From NCBI GenBank assembly GCA_002418685.1, contig DIEP01000018.1, positions 1 through 41,050 of the forward strand: 41,050 nt of DNA, read 5' to 3'. How positions within the stretch are numbered: position 1 is the stretch's first letter; the number at the start of each line of letters is the position of its first letter. Source of the stretch: Ignavibacteria bacterium UBA5771 (lineage in GTDB: Bacteria; Bacteroidota; Ignavibacteria; Kapaibacteriales; UBA2268). The translations under genes were made by a program, and so were the position numbers. Positions 18,827 to 28,140 of this stretch are shown in pieces. The notes beneath the pieces are model-generated. The model made no database searches. It was not told the origin of the DNA and was given only the letters and a program-made list of their open reading frames with translations.

Positions 18827-19489
18827 TTAAATTTTGAAAGAAAGTAATGGCTTATTATACCATGAATTATTAGTAAATATATATTTTTCAAAAACATAGA
18901 AAACTATCCCCGTGATTGTTATCCCAAGAATAGAACCCGCGAGTATATCTCGAGTAAAATGCTGTAAAAGATAAACTCGCGAAATCGCAATACTGCATGC
19001 AATCAATAAGCATATCAATTTTCCAAACTGATTCTTCAAAATCATCGCAAAACCAAAGAATATAGCAAATGCAGAGGCAGAATGTCCTGAAGGAAAAGCG
19101 CGAAATGGCAATAATTCAATACCTGGGACGGGATTCAATATAATAGCAGAATCGTTTGCGAAAAATGTTAAAGGTCGTGGCAAATCTGTAATACGTTTCA
19201 ATAATTCCACCAAAAGCGTAGTAGCAAGCAAACTAATGCCAATCTTAAAAAATGTGGAATATTTATGTAATAAAGCAATTAATAGCAAAACAGTTATTCC
19301 AATTCCACCAAGCAAGCTCGTTGATATCTTAAAATATTCATTCCAAAAATTACTTCGATGTGCATTGAACCACATCAATAATTCATCATTCCTAACGAAA
19401 ATAATGAAAATTATCCCAACCGTGAATAATATAAAATATGGAACAAGAAAAATGCGATTATTACGAAACGTATTTTTAATATAACTCAT
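18827..19489 (-). CDS. PAP2-family membrane phosphatase
   Basis: All three PAP2 motifs are present: KRITDLPRP (Kx6RP), PSGH, SRVYLLQHFTRD (SRx5Hx3D). Multiple TM segments. ATG at 19489 (the track uses a TTG at 19492). Confidence 0.8.
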   Translation of the reverse strand: MSYIKNTFRNNRIFLVPYFILFTVGIIFIIFVRNDELLMWFNAHRSNFWNEYFKISTSLLGGIGITVLLLIALLHKYSTFFKIGISLLATTLLVELLKRITDLPRPLTFFANDSAIILNPVPGIELLPFRAFPSGHSASAFAIFFGFAMILKNQFGKLICLLIACSIAISRVYLLQHFTRDILAGSILGITITGIVFYVFEKYIFTNNSWYNKPLLSFKI

Positions 19490-19773
19490 CAACTCAATAA
19501 ACTACACACAAAACAATTAAACTGAGAAAATAAATAATTCGATACTATTTGTTTTTCCCCATAACTTAAAACGTTTATTCGTTAATAAACTTGCAATTAA
19601 GAGGTTAATTCCTAATTCGTGGATTGAAAATAATGAGCTGGGGTAATTAATTACCTAAATAATGTGTGATATATTTGGCAGCACAGACATCCCCATGTCT
19701 ATATGCAAATTTAATAGTGAGTAAGGGCAAGTTTAGAACCTGCCCTTGCATCTTTCACTAACAATTATTTCTT

Positions 19774-20523
19774 TTATTTCTTTGCCTTAGATTGATCTCT
19801 TACCAATTGCACGGCTTTTTCAATTTCTTCGGGGTCGCCAAGATAATAATGCTTAATTGGGATCAAGTTATAGTCCAATTCATAGACAAGTGGAATTCCC
19901 GTTGGTATATTTAAATGTGGGATTTCGCTATCTGATACGTGATCTAAGTATTTCACCAATGCACGAATGCTATTTCCGTGAGCAGAAATAATTACTTGCT
20001 TCCCACCCTTGATTTCGGGAACGATTGTATCCATCCAATACGGAACGACGCGCATATATGTGTCTTTTAGGCATTCCGTTAGCGGAAGAAGTTTGGTGTC
20101 TAAGTTCTTGTATTTATCATCGAACAGAGGAGCTCGTTCATCCGCTTGTTCGAGAGGCGGTGGTGGCACATCGTAGCTTCTTCTGAATACTAATAATTCA
20201 TCATCTCCAATTTTTGCAGCCATTTCTGCTTTGTTCAAGCCTTGGAAAGCTCCGTAATGGCGTTCATTTAGCCGCCATGATTTGATGACGGGAATCCATA
20301 GCAAATCCATTTCCTCCAAGACTATTCCAAGAGTGTTGATTGCTCTCTTCAAAACGGATGTGAAAGCAATATCGAATGAAAGATTTGCTTCTTTTAAGTT
20401 TTGAGCGGCGATTTTTGCCTCGTTCTTACCTTGTTCGGATAATCCGATGTCGGTCCAACCTGTAAAGCGATTCTCTTTGTTCCAGAGACTTTCGCCATGT
20501 CTGATTAATACTAATTTATACAT
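19774..20523 (-). CDS. gpmA: 2,3-bisphosphoglycerate-dependent phosphoglycerate mutase
   Basis: [20 protein letters not shown] and the later HGNSIRAL motif. 249 aa. Confidence 0.95.
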   Translation of the reverse strand: MYKLVLIRHGESLWNKENRFTGWTDIGLSEQGKNEAKIAAQNLKEANLSFDIAFTSVLKRAINTLGIVLEEMDLLWIPVIKSWRLNERHYGAFQGLNKAEMAAKIGDDELLVFRRSYDVPPPPLEQADERAPLFDDKYKNLDTKLLPLTECLKDTYMRVVPYWMDTIVPEIKGGKQVIISAHGNSIRALVKYLDHVSDSEIPHLNIPTGIPLVYELDYNLIPIKHYYLGDPEEIEKAVQLVRDQSKAKK

Positions 20524-20533
20524 ATTATTTCTC

Positions 20534-22075
20534 CTATATTATTTCGATTGATTTTTTCAAGCTATCGGCGAGCAATTGTTTGCGGCGATTTGCTCCCCAA
20601 ATTTCAATATCAATATCTACTTTGGAATCTATTGGCAATAATTTTATTTGAATACTACTATTCTTTTCAATTTCCACACCTTTCACATATTGTTTCTGCC
20701 GCCTATCGATGCCTTCTGCAATTCGAAGAATACCTGCAAGGACACCAACTTTGCTTTGTGTTTCTTCAGGTAATGAGACGAAATTAGAATGTTTCTTTTT
20801 GGGTAAGCTCTTTCTATGGTAGCGTGCCACATTGCCAATAAATTCTCCTTCATCATTAGTAAAGCCTGGCAGGTCGCTATGAGTAATGATATAATAGCTA
20901 TGTTTATGATGCTGATTATGGGAAATCCAATACCCAATATCGTGCAGAAGGCTGGCGCATTCGAGAATCTCCCGTTCATAATCTGTAAAATTGTGATATT
21001 GCTTTAATTCATCGAAGAGCTTTAAGGATATTTCTTTCACATGTTCAGCGTGTTGCATATCAATATTATAGCGATGAGCAAGATCATAAATTGTTTCGAA
21101 CCGTAAATTGGATAGATGATGATATTCTTCGATTTCGAGCATCTTTTCGTATGTATCGAAGACAATTCCTTCGCGTAAAGCATACGGGGAAACAAGTATT
21201 TGCTTGATTTTTAATTCATTAATAAATGTTTCCAAGATGATTGCGCCAGCAAGAATAATATCGCTCCGCGATTCATCCATACCGGGTATTTTACTTATTT
21301 CTTCGGGATTCTTGCATTTTGTTATTTTTGAGATTACTTTTAATATATTTTTCGTCGGGACGGAATAACCATTCAGGAAATCAGGGACATTTTCACCATT
21401 TTCGATTAGCGATAGAGACGCAAGCGAAAGTATTGTTCCCGATGTCCCAATTGCCAAATCAAAGCCAACGTTTTTGATATTATTGAGAGTGGGAGTCCAT
21501 TCACCAATTACATATTTGCGAATTTCATTAATATTTTGCTTTGTATAATTTTGATTGTCAAAGAATTGCTTTGTAAGTCTGATTGCTCCGAGTTTATCAC
21601 TGTGTGCGAATTTAATTTTCCCAAACTTACCGATAACAGTTTCAGTGCTTCCACCACCAATATCGACTACTAATGCATTTTTTTCATTGATAGGCAAGGC
21701 GTGGCTTACTCCTTGAAATATTAAACGTGCCTCTTCGACGCCTGACACAACTTCGATATTTATGTTTGTTTCTTCTTTGACGCGTTTAATAAAGATTTCT
21801 TTATTTAAAGCTTCACGAACAGCACTTGTTGCAACGGCGCGAATTTTGGCATTTTGATTTTCAGCAAGCTTTCCAAACCGTTTTATGGCTTGCACTCCTC
21901 GTGTCATTGCATCATCATGCAAGTATTTCATATCATTCCCGCTCTGGCCCAGTCTGACCATTTCTTTTTCCTGGTCAATTATCGTTAATACGGAGCGTTG
22001 ATTAATTGATGCAATCACCATGTGGATTGAGTTTGTTCCAATATCGATTGCGGCAATAACAGGTGCTTTTTCCAT
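20534..22075 (-). CDS. ppx: Exopolyphosphatase / guanosine pentaphosphate phosphohydrolase with C-terminal HD domain
   Basis: ASKHA-fold N-terminus [23 protein letters not shown], and HD-type LLHDIG. Confidence 0.9.
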   Translation of the reverse strand: MEKAPVIAAIDIGTNSIHMVIASINQRSVLTIIDQEKEMVRLGQSGNDMKYLHDDAMTRGVQAIKRFGKLAENQNAKIRAVATSAVREALNKEIFIKRVKEETNINIEVVSGVEEARLIFQGVSHALPINEKNALVVDIGGGSTETVIGKFGKIKFAHSDKLGAIRLTKQFFDNQNYTKQNINEIRKYVIGEWTPTLNNIKNVGFDLAIGTSGTILSLASLSLIENGENVPDFLNGYSVPTKNILKVISKITKCKNPEEISKIPGMDESRSDIILAGAIILETFINELKIKQILVSPYALREGIVFDTYEKMLEIEEYHHLSNLRFETIYDLAHRYNIDMQHAEHVKEISLKLFDELKQYHNFTDYEREILECASLLHDIGYWISHNQHHKHSYYIITHSDLPGFTNDEGEFIGNVARYHRKSLPKKKHSNFVSLPEETQSKVGVLAGILRIAEGIDRRQKQYVKGVEIEKNSSIQIKLLPIDSKVDIDIEIWGANRRKQLLADSLKKSIEII

Positions 22076-22171
22076 TAATTCAATTATCTAAAACATGCAA
22101 ATTATAGATTTTTTCTTTAATTTTTTCTTTAATGAAAAATTTTGTCAAACGAATTCCTTAATTTTATTAAT

Positions 22172-22837
22172 ATGGGAAAAAGAACTTTTGTTTTTGGAGA
22201 TATTCACGGGTGTTATTTAACATTCAAGTCTTTATTCGAGCAATGCGATATTGCAAAGAGTGATGCTATTTATTTGCTTGGGGATTATATAGACAGAGGT
22301 CCCGCGATAAAAGAAACACTTGATTATATTTTCAATCTGATTGATGATGGCTATGAATTATATCCTTTGAGAGGCAATCATGAGCAAATGTTTTTAAATT
22401 CTATTAATTCGCAAATGGATGAATATTATTGGCTAACAATGAATGGCGGTGATAAAACACTTGTTTCCTTTGAAGTGTCCCGTTCCGCTGAAATTCCCGC
22501 GAAATATCGTAATTGGATCAGCTCTTTGCCATTTTATTATGAATTGGATAATTATGTGATAGTGCATGCAGGGTTGAATTTTCACTTAGAAGACCCATTC
22601 GAGGATAAGTATGCAATGCTATGGACACGAGACATGTATTATGACAAATCCAAACTTGATAAGAAAATAATTGTCGGGCATACGCCAACTCCATTGAAAT
22701 TAATAGAAAAATCAATTAATCAAAATATTATTTTGCTTGATGGTGGTTGCGTTTATAAAAATTATCACGGACTTGGTAAATTATGTGTCCTCGAATTATC
22801 CAATATGCAATTATTCACTCAAGATTACATCGGATAA
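22172..22837 (+). CDS. PPP-family metallophosphoesterase (Ser/Thr phosphatase / ApaH-like)
   Basis: GDIHGC, GDYIDRGP, RGNHE, GHTP motifs. ATG at 22172 preferred over the TTG at 22142. Confidence 0.8.
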   Translation: MGKRTFVFGDIHGCYLTFKSLFEQCDIAKSDAIYLLGDYIDRGPAIKETLDYIFNLIDDGYELYPLRGNHEQMFLNSINSQMDEYYWLTMNGGDKTLVSFEVSRSAEIPAKYRNWISSLPFYYELDNYVIVHAGLNFHLEDPFEDKYAMLWTRDMYYDKSKLDKKIIVGHTPTPLKLIEKSINQNIILLDGGCVYKNYHGLGKLCVLELSNMQLFTQDYIG

Positions 22838-22864
22838 AAATCTGCTTGCTATATTCTGTGAATG

Positions 22865-22990
22865 AGATTGCTCCGTTCTGATTTATTCACCTGCCAACTG
22901 CAACTATTTCTTCTCGATCAAGAGTAAGGGAGGGGGTGTCAAAAGTCCAAATTCTGTCATTGCGAGATTGTGTTTTTGTGAGCTAATACC
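22865..22990. repeat. Degenerate pair of the AGATTGC/GCAATGAC intergenic repeat (forward half-site at 22865, reverse copy with AAAAGTCCAAATTCTGTCATTGC at 22941-22963)
   Basis: AGATTGC at 22865-22871. AAAAGTCCAAATTCTGTCATTGCGAG closely matches the reverse complement of 10703-10725 (AAAAGTCCAAAATCAGTCATTCC). Confidence 0.45.
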
Positions 22991-23111
22991 ATTAATTAAA
23001 TATTTTGCTTCACTTCGGGCGCAATTTAAATCAATATTTCTATAAACAATTATGTTCTAATTCCTAATATTTTTTTAAATTGCTTTTTAAATTTTTTTAA
23101 AATATAGAATA

Positions 23112-26100
23112 ATGAAACTTTTTAATTTATTCAAATTTTCAATTGTTTTTATAGTTATTATTTTTTCAAAAAATAATGTGGTTTCCGAAGAACCTAATAC
23201 TTCGTGGATAACTGATATATCAAAAGAAGCAGGACTTGAAGTTGCTCGAGGCTCACGTATAAATCTTGTCGATATTAACGGTGATAATTATCCTGATTTG
23301 CTTTGGTCAGAAGGAGCAATTAACAAAAATCGATTGCATATTTTATTAAATGTTCCAAATCCCAATATAGAAAGCAATGTCAAGCGAATATTTATTGAAT
23401 GGACAGATAATTCAAAGATTAATGTCAATCGCGACCCCAATAAAACAGGAAGAATTGCCGATATTGGAGCATTTGTGGATGTAAATAATGATGGATTTCC
23501 CGACTTAGTATCAAGTATTTATTACCACAGATTGCAAATGTATGCCGATGAGCTAGATCCAGGTGATCGAAGCGAAGTATATCTCAATGATGGCGACGGG
23601 CATTTCACATTATTACCCGATAATGGATTATATCAGCTGGGGCTTGTCAATACGACGGGTTTGGGATTTCTTGATTTCGATTTAGATGGAAATCTGGATT
23701 TATTTATGGGGCAATGGTTCCGCGATTATGCTTATGATACAAAGCAACCGAGTATATTACTAAGAGGAAATGGAGACGGTAGTTTTACAAAAGTCAGCAA
23801 TCCTGCAATTTCTTCAAATAATGAGCCGCTCTATGGAGTCAATATCACAGATTGGAATAATGATGGATGGCAAGATATTTTGACTTCACCGTATTGCAGA
23901 AGCGGTGGGAGCTTATTCACAAAGACAACAAATCAAGATTTTGTGGATTGGGCAGTTCCCGCAAATTATTCCTCGCAATTGATGCAAGGAGATAATGGAC
24001 AGAATCTATGCCAATGGGAAGCTCAGCCTGCTGATTTCGATTGTGATGGCGATATGGATTTGCTCCATGTTCAAGTTCACGGTGGATATGGAGAAAATGA
24101 GGGGAGAACACATATTTCAGTTAATCTCGGTAATGACAATAATTATCTCTACCGTTGGGAATTAGATAGATTGAAAAGAGATGCACCTGTCAATTCTCAT
24201 CTTGGGGACCAAGGTGGAGAGTGGTTTGATTTAGATGGCGATGGCTTGCTGGATGTTACTATTGGGCAAATGGCTTACCCCGATGCCAACAAGCAGGGGC
24301 AAGAACGACTTTATATTTTAAAGCAAAACTCAGAACATTATTTCGATGATATTTCCAAAAAAATTGGAGTATACGATTCAAAGGAAGCTCATTCAATAGA
24401 GCCTGCCGATTATGATTTAGATGGTGATCAAGATTTATTTTTCAGTAGGCAACATCGCGATACAACAATCAAAGAAACTATTGTTGAAGGAGTGCTAAAA
24501 AAAGATACATCTATTGCGGTATATATGCAAATTCACCTCTTGCGAAATGAGATTGGAAATAAAAATAATTGGGTATCAGTATTTCTTGAACCCCCTGCAA
24601 AGCACAACAAATCTTGTGTTGGTGTCCGTATCAAAGTTTTTGCTGATGGATTAAATCAAATTCGCGAAATTCAATCGGGGTTGGGACATTTTGCGGGTCA
24701 AGTGCCATTTATTCAAAATATATCATTAGGAAATAAAAATCGCGTTGATTCAATCCAAGTCCGTTGGCAATTGCCCGGTTTCCCTCTTACAACTATCTAT
24801 AATCCTGCGATTAATATGATTCATAAAATTAATCAGAATGGTCTCGACGGTTTTATTAAAAATTGGGAAAACGAAGTGCCTGTTATAGCTACGAGCAAAC
24901 CATTGATAGATTTTGGAACAATCAATGCCGGGGAAAATTCAATCCAATCTATTGATATTCAAAACATTGGAACGGAAACTTTGCAAATCAATTCTATTGC
25001 AATTGATGATGATATGCAATCTGCTTTGAAAATATTGCAGGTTCAATTGCCTGCGAGTATTCCTCCGAATGAGAAATTAACAATTCAAATCGAATATACC
25101 CCGAAATCACGAGACACAATTACAATCTCTCATATAGTTATTAATTCAAATGCTTTCAATTCGCCAATTAAGTTGATTGATATTAATGGTAATGGATTTA
25201 AACCCGAAGCGATTGTTGGTTCAAGCGATACGCTCATTACTTTTACAAATGCTTGGATCGATTCGCTCTATTCCAAAATTTTAACAATACGAAATCTTGG
25301 GGAAGTTAAATTAAAAATTAACGAATTACGATTTGAAAATAATATGGACAATACATTTTCAAAAGATGAATTTCCTGATGGTATAGAAATTAACCCGAAA
25401 GATAGCTTCCAATTGCAGATATATTTCAGACCATATAAGAAAACAGAATACACAGCATCGCTAAGTATAATCTCCAATGCTTATAATATGCCTACATTTC
25501 AAGTGGGCTTATATGGAAATTGCAATGGACCATCTCCGCAGATTTCTACTCAAAGTGCATCTTTGATTTTCGGTTCGGTGGAAATTGGCAAAAGTGTAGA
25601 TAAGACATTAACGATTTACAATATTGGAAATGGGCTATTAGAAATAAAAAATATTGTAGTTGAGACCAATACTGACAATGCTTTTCAGATTATTTCTGAG
25701 CCTTTGCCATTGAAGTTGAATTGGAATGATAGTGCCATCGTCAAGATTTCTTTCACTCCAAAGGAAGAAAAGAATTATAAAACAAAACTATTAATAACAT
25801 CAAATTCCATATCGGACTCAAACAAATCTTTGAGCATTTTTGCAAGCGGAACGAAAGGTTCAGGCGTAAAGGAAAATATCACGCAAGACAATTTACTTTT
25901 AATTTATCCAAATCCTGTTTATAACAATGAATTGTTTATTGAATTTCCTGAAAACAAAGAAGAATTCAAATCTATTCAAATTTTTGATTTGATTGGAAAT
26001 ATCCAAATAGAAATGGAAATTGATAAAGTTTATCCCGATATTGTTAGATTGGATTTGAGTAATCTTCATAATGGGACATATTTTATAATATTTTCGATGG

Positions 26101-26141
26101 GTAGAAATCAAATTGTGAAATACTTCACAATTATAAAATAA
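23112..26141 (+). CDS. Secreted FG-GAP/VCBS-repeat protein with ASPIC/UnbV-like domain (CRTAC1-like), three Ig-like repeats and a T9SS C-terminal sorting domain
   Basis: Signal peptide. Repeated DxNxDGxxD blocks (VDINGDNYPDLL, VDVNNDGFPDLV, LDFDLDGNLDLF, TDWNNDGWQDIL, FDLDGDGLLDV, ADYDLDGDQDLFF). UnbV-like GVRIKVFADGLNQIREIQSGLGHF. Three repeats of the IDFGTINAGE...IQNIGTETLQI type. The tail LLLIYPNPVYNNELFIEF...GTYFIIF is Por_Secre_tail-like. Confidence 0.75.
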   Translation: MKLFNLFKFSIVFIVIIFSKNNVVSEEPNTSWITDISKEAGLEVARGSRINLVDINGDNYPDLLWSEGAINKNRLHILLNVPNPNIESNVKRIFIEWTDNSKINVNRDPNKTGRIADIGAFVDVNNDGFPDLVSSIYYHRLQMYADELDPGDRSEVYLNDGDGHFTLLPDNGLYQLGLVNTTGLGFLDFDLDGNLDLFMGQWFRDYAYDTKQPSILLRGNGDGSFTKVSNPAISSNNEPLYGVNITDWNNDGWQDILTSPYCRSGGSLFTKTTNQDFVDWAVPANYSSQLMQGDNGQNLCQWEAQPADFDCDGDMDLLHVQVHGGYGENEGRTHISVNLGNDNNYLYRWELDRLKRDAPVNSHLGDQGGEWFDLDGDGLLDVTIGQMAYPDANKQGQERLYILKQNSEHYFDDISKKIGVYDSKEAHSIEPADYDLDGDQDLFFSRQHRDTTIKETIVEGVLKKDTSIAVYMQIHLLRNEIGNKNNWVSVFLEPPAKHNKSCVGVRIKVFADGLNQIREIQSGLGHFAGQVPFIQNISLGNKNRVDSIQVRWQLPGFPLTTIYNPAINMIHKINQNGLDGFIKNWENEVPVIATSKPLIDFGTINAGENSIQSIDIQNIGTETLQINSIAIDDDMQSALKILQVQLPASIPPNEKLTIQIEYTPKSRDTITISHIVINSNAFNSPIKLIDINGNGFKPEAIVGSSDTLITFTNAWIDSLYSKILTIRNLGEVKLKINELRFENNMDNTFSKDEFPDGIEINPKDSFQLQIYFRPYKKTEYTASLSIISNAYNMPTFQVGLYGNCNGPSPQISTQSASLIFGSVEIGKSVDKTLTIYNIGNGLLEIKNIVVETNTDNAFQIISEPLPLKLNWNDSAIVKISFTPKEEKNYKTKLLITSNSISDSNKSLSIFASGTKGSGVKENITQDNLLLIYPNPVYNNELFIEFPENKEEFKSIQIFDLIGNIQIEMEIDKVYPDIVRLDLSNLHNGTYFIIFSMGRNQIVKYFTIIK

Positions 26142-26233
26142 GAAAAAAAATGAATTGTTTACGAAATATATTCTAAATATTCACATTATTTTCGTTAATT
26201 TATATTTTTTACGATATGATTTTTTAAAATTTT

Positions 26234-27193
26234 ATGAAAAAAATTGCAATTTTTACAAGTGGTGGTGATGCACCAGGGATGAATGCTCATATTCGAGCAG
26301 TAGTCAGGTCAGCAATGAGTAAAGGAATAGAAGTGGTTGGAGTTGAAGGCGGATATTCAGGTTTGATTGAAGGAGATTTTATCAAGCTTACAAGGCGTGA
26401 AACTGCTAATATAATAGGGCGTGGTGGCACAATTCTTAAAACAAGTAGATCAAAAGAATTTATGATGGCTGGAGGACGCGCTGCAGCTGCCGAGAGGGTG
26501 AGAGAAGCGGGAATTGATGGTATTATTGCTTGTGGTGGTGATGGCACATTCCGAGGTGCACACGCATTTTGGATGGAAAATAATATCCCAATTGTTGGCA
26601 CACCTGGAACAATCGATAACGATTTGTATGGTACGAACTATACAATTGGATATGATACAGCAGTCAATACAGCAGCAGAAGCCATTGATAGAATTCGAGA
26701 TACAGCAGATTCTCATGGAAGAGTATTTATTGTTGAAGTGATGGGTCGTCATGCAGGGTTTATCGCAATGGATGTGGGTATTGCTTGCGGTGCAGAATAT
26801 ATTGCAATCCCTGAGAGCATTACCAATATGGATATTCTTTATCAAAGAATTTTAAAACAAGGTAGAAATCGTAGAACCATCATTATAGTGGGAGAAGGAG
26901 ATGATTATGGTGGGGCAATTAAAATTGCAAATTATCTTTTGGAAACTTATGAAATTGAAGCAAAATACACGATTTTAGGACATATTCAACGTGGCGGTTC
27001 TCCTACTGTTCGTGATAGAGTGCTTGCAAGCCATCTTGGTGTTGCTGCTGTTGAAGCTTTAATTAAAGGCAAAACTGATGTGATGATTGGACGAGATAAT
27101 CATTCAATTACTTATACTCCGTTTGCAGAAACTTGGACTCGACAAAAGCCTATTTGGAATTACTTAACGGAATTAGCTGACATATTGATATAA
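26234..27193 (+). CDS. pfkA: ATP-dependent 6-phosphofructokinase
   Basis: IAIFTSGGDAPGMNA, GGDGTF, PGTIDND, MGRHAGF motifs. 319 aa. Confidence 0.93.
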   Translation: MKKIAIFTSGGDAPGMNAHIRAVVRSAMSKGIEVVGVEGGYSGLIEGDFIKLTRRETANIIGRGGTILKTSRSKEFMMAGGRAAAAERVREAGIDGIIACGGDGTFRGAHAFWMENNIPIVGTPGTIDNDLYGTNYTIGYDTAVNTAAEAIDRIRDTADSHGRVFIVEVMGRHAGFIAMDVGIACGAEYIAIPESITNMDILYQRILKQGRNRRTIIIVGEGDDYGGAIKIANYLLETYEIEAKYTILGHIQRGGSPTVRDRVLASHLGVAAVEALIKGKTDVMIGRDNHSITYTPFAETWTRQKPIWNYLTELADILI

Positions 27194-27317
27194 TTTCCCT
27201 TCATTATGTCTAATTTTATTGTAATTTTGAAATATTAATTATCCTTTGGAGTCGTCTCATCATTATTATTAATAATATATTGCAATCTGCTTGCTTCAAT
27301 AAACAAGAAATAATCTA

Positions 27318-28130
27318 ATGAAAAAGTGCCTAAATATATTTATTCTAATATTATTACAAATAGTTCCTGCATTCTCGCAAAATTATATAAAAATACCTGA
27401 CACTACTTTGCCACGAACGGGTAAAGTTTATTCATTACCGATTTATTCAAATATGAATCTGCAGAATGCAACTAATGTAAAAATTAAGATATATTTTGAC
27501 TATAATTTGATTGATATAAAGAATATATCAGGTGGCAGTGGCTTTGCGTTCAATGAGACTAATCCTCAATTTTCTGTTAATACAGCATTGCCCGACCAAG
27601 CAATTCTTGAAATTGTATCAAGTCAATTCAATGCAAATTACTCTGGTTTGCTTTGCTTAATAAATCTTGAAACTCTGGTAGGATCTGATTCAATCGCAAT
27701 TTTTTCACCCTTGGAAATTGAAATTGATGGAATTATAGCTAATGATATAAATTTCGAAAATGGAACAATTCTCATCGGCGACCCTGTCTTTCCTGTTCTT
27801 CACGAAGGAATTTCAAGAATTTATCCAAACCCATTTAACTTTTTTGAAAATATTATTTTTACAATTGAAGACAAAACAACTGTAAATTTTTATATTTATA
27901 CCACACTCGGACAGCTTGCAACAAAAATTCCGGGCAGTAAAAACTTGAAATATAAGATCTTCGATAATGCAGGAACAGAAATAATAAATATAGATAACTA
28001 CTTATTTCCGCGAGGAATCTATCGCTTATATTTCGAGAGCATACCCTGGGAATTTTCTTCTAGTGCATATTCTATCGTAATGGTTACAAACAAAGGGTAC
28101 TTTCGTTCTAATTTTATTCATTTAAAATAA
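27318..28130 (+). CDS. Secreted protein with cohesin-like N-terminal domain and T9SS C-terminal sorting domain
   Basis: Signal peptide MKKCLNIFILILLQIVPAFS. IPDTTLPRTGKVYSLPIYSNMNLQNATNVKIKIYFDYNLIDI resembles cohesin-type beta-sandwiches (weak call). The tail RIYPNPFNFFENIIFTI...GIYRLYF is T9SS type A-like. Confidence 0.6.
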   Translation: MKKCLNIFILILLQIVPAFSQNYIKIPDTTLPRTGKVYSLPIYSNMNLQNATNVKIKIYFDYNLIDIKNISGGSGFAFNETNPQFSVNTALPDQAILEIVSSQFNANYSGLLCLINLETLVGSDSIAIFSPLEIEIDGIIANDINFENGTILIGDPVFPVLHEGISRIYPNPFNFFENIIFTIEDKTTVNFYIYTTLGQLATKIPGSKNLKYKIFDNAGTEIINIDNYLFPRGIYRLYFESIPWEFSSSAYSIVMVTNKGYFRSNFIHLK

Positions 28131-28140
28131 GGAAATGTAA

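Noticed and set aside
26287-26845. Antisense and alternative-frame ORFs inside pfkA (104, 131 and 75 aa). The same pattern occurs in pckA (10760-11170), clpX, ppx and others.
   Set aside because: They lie wholly within strongly supported conserved genes and have low-complexity or Cys/Ile-rich nonsense composition. These are typical shadow ORFs.
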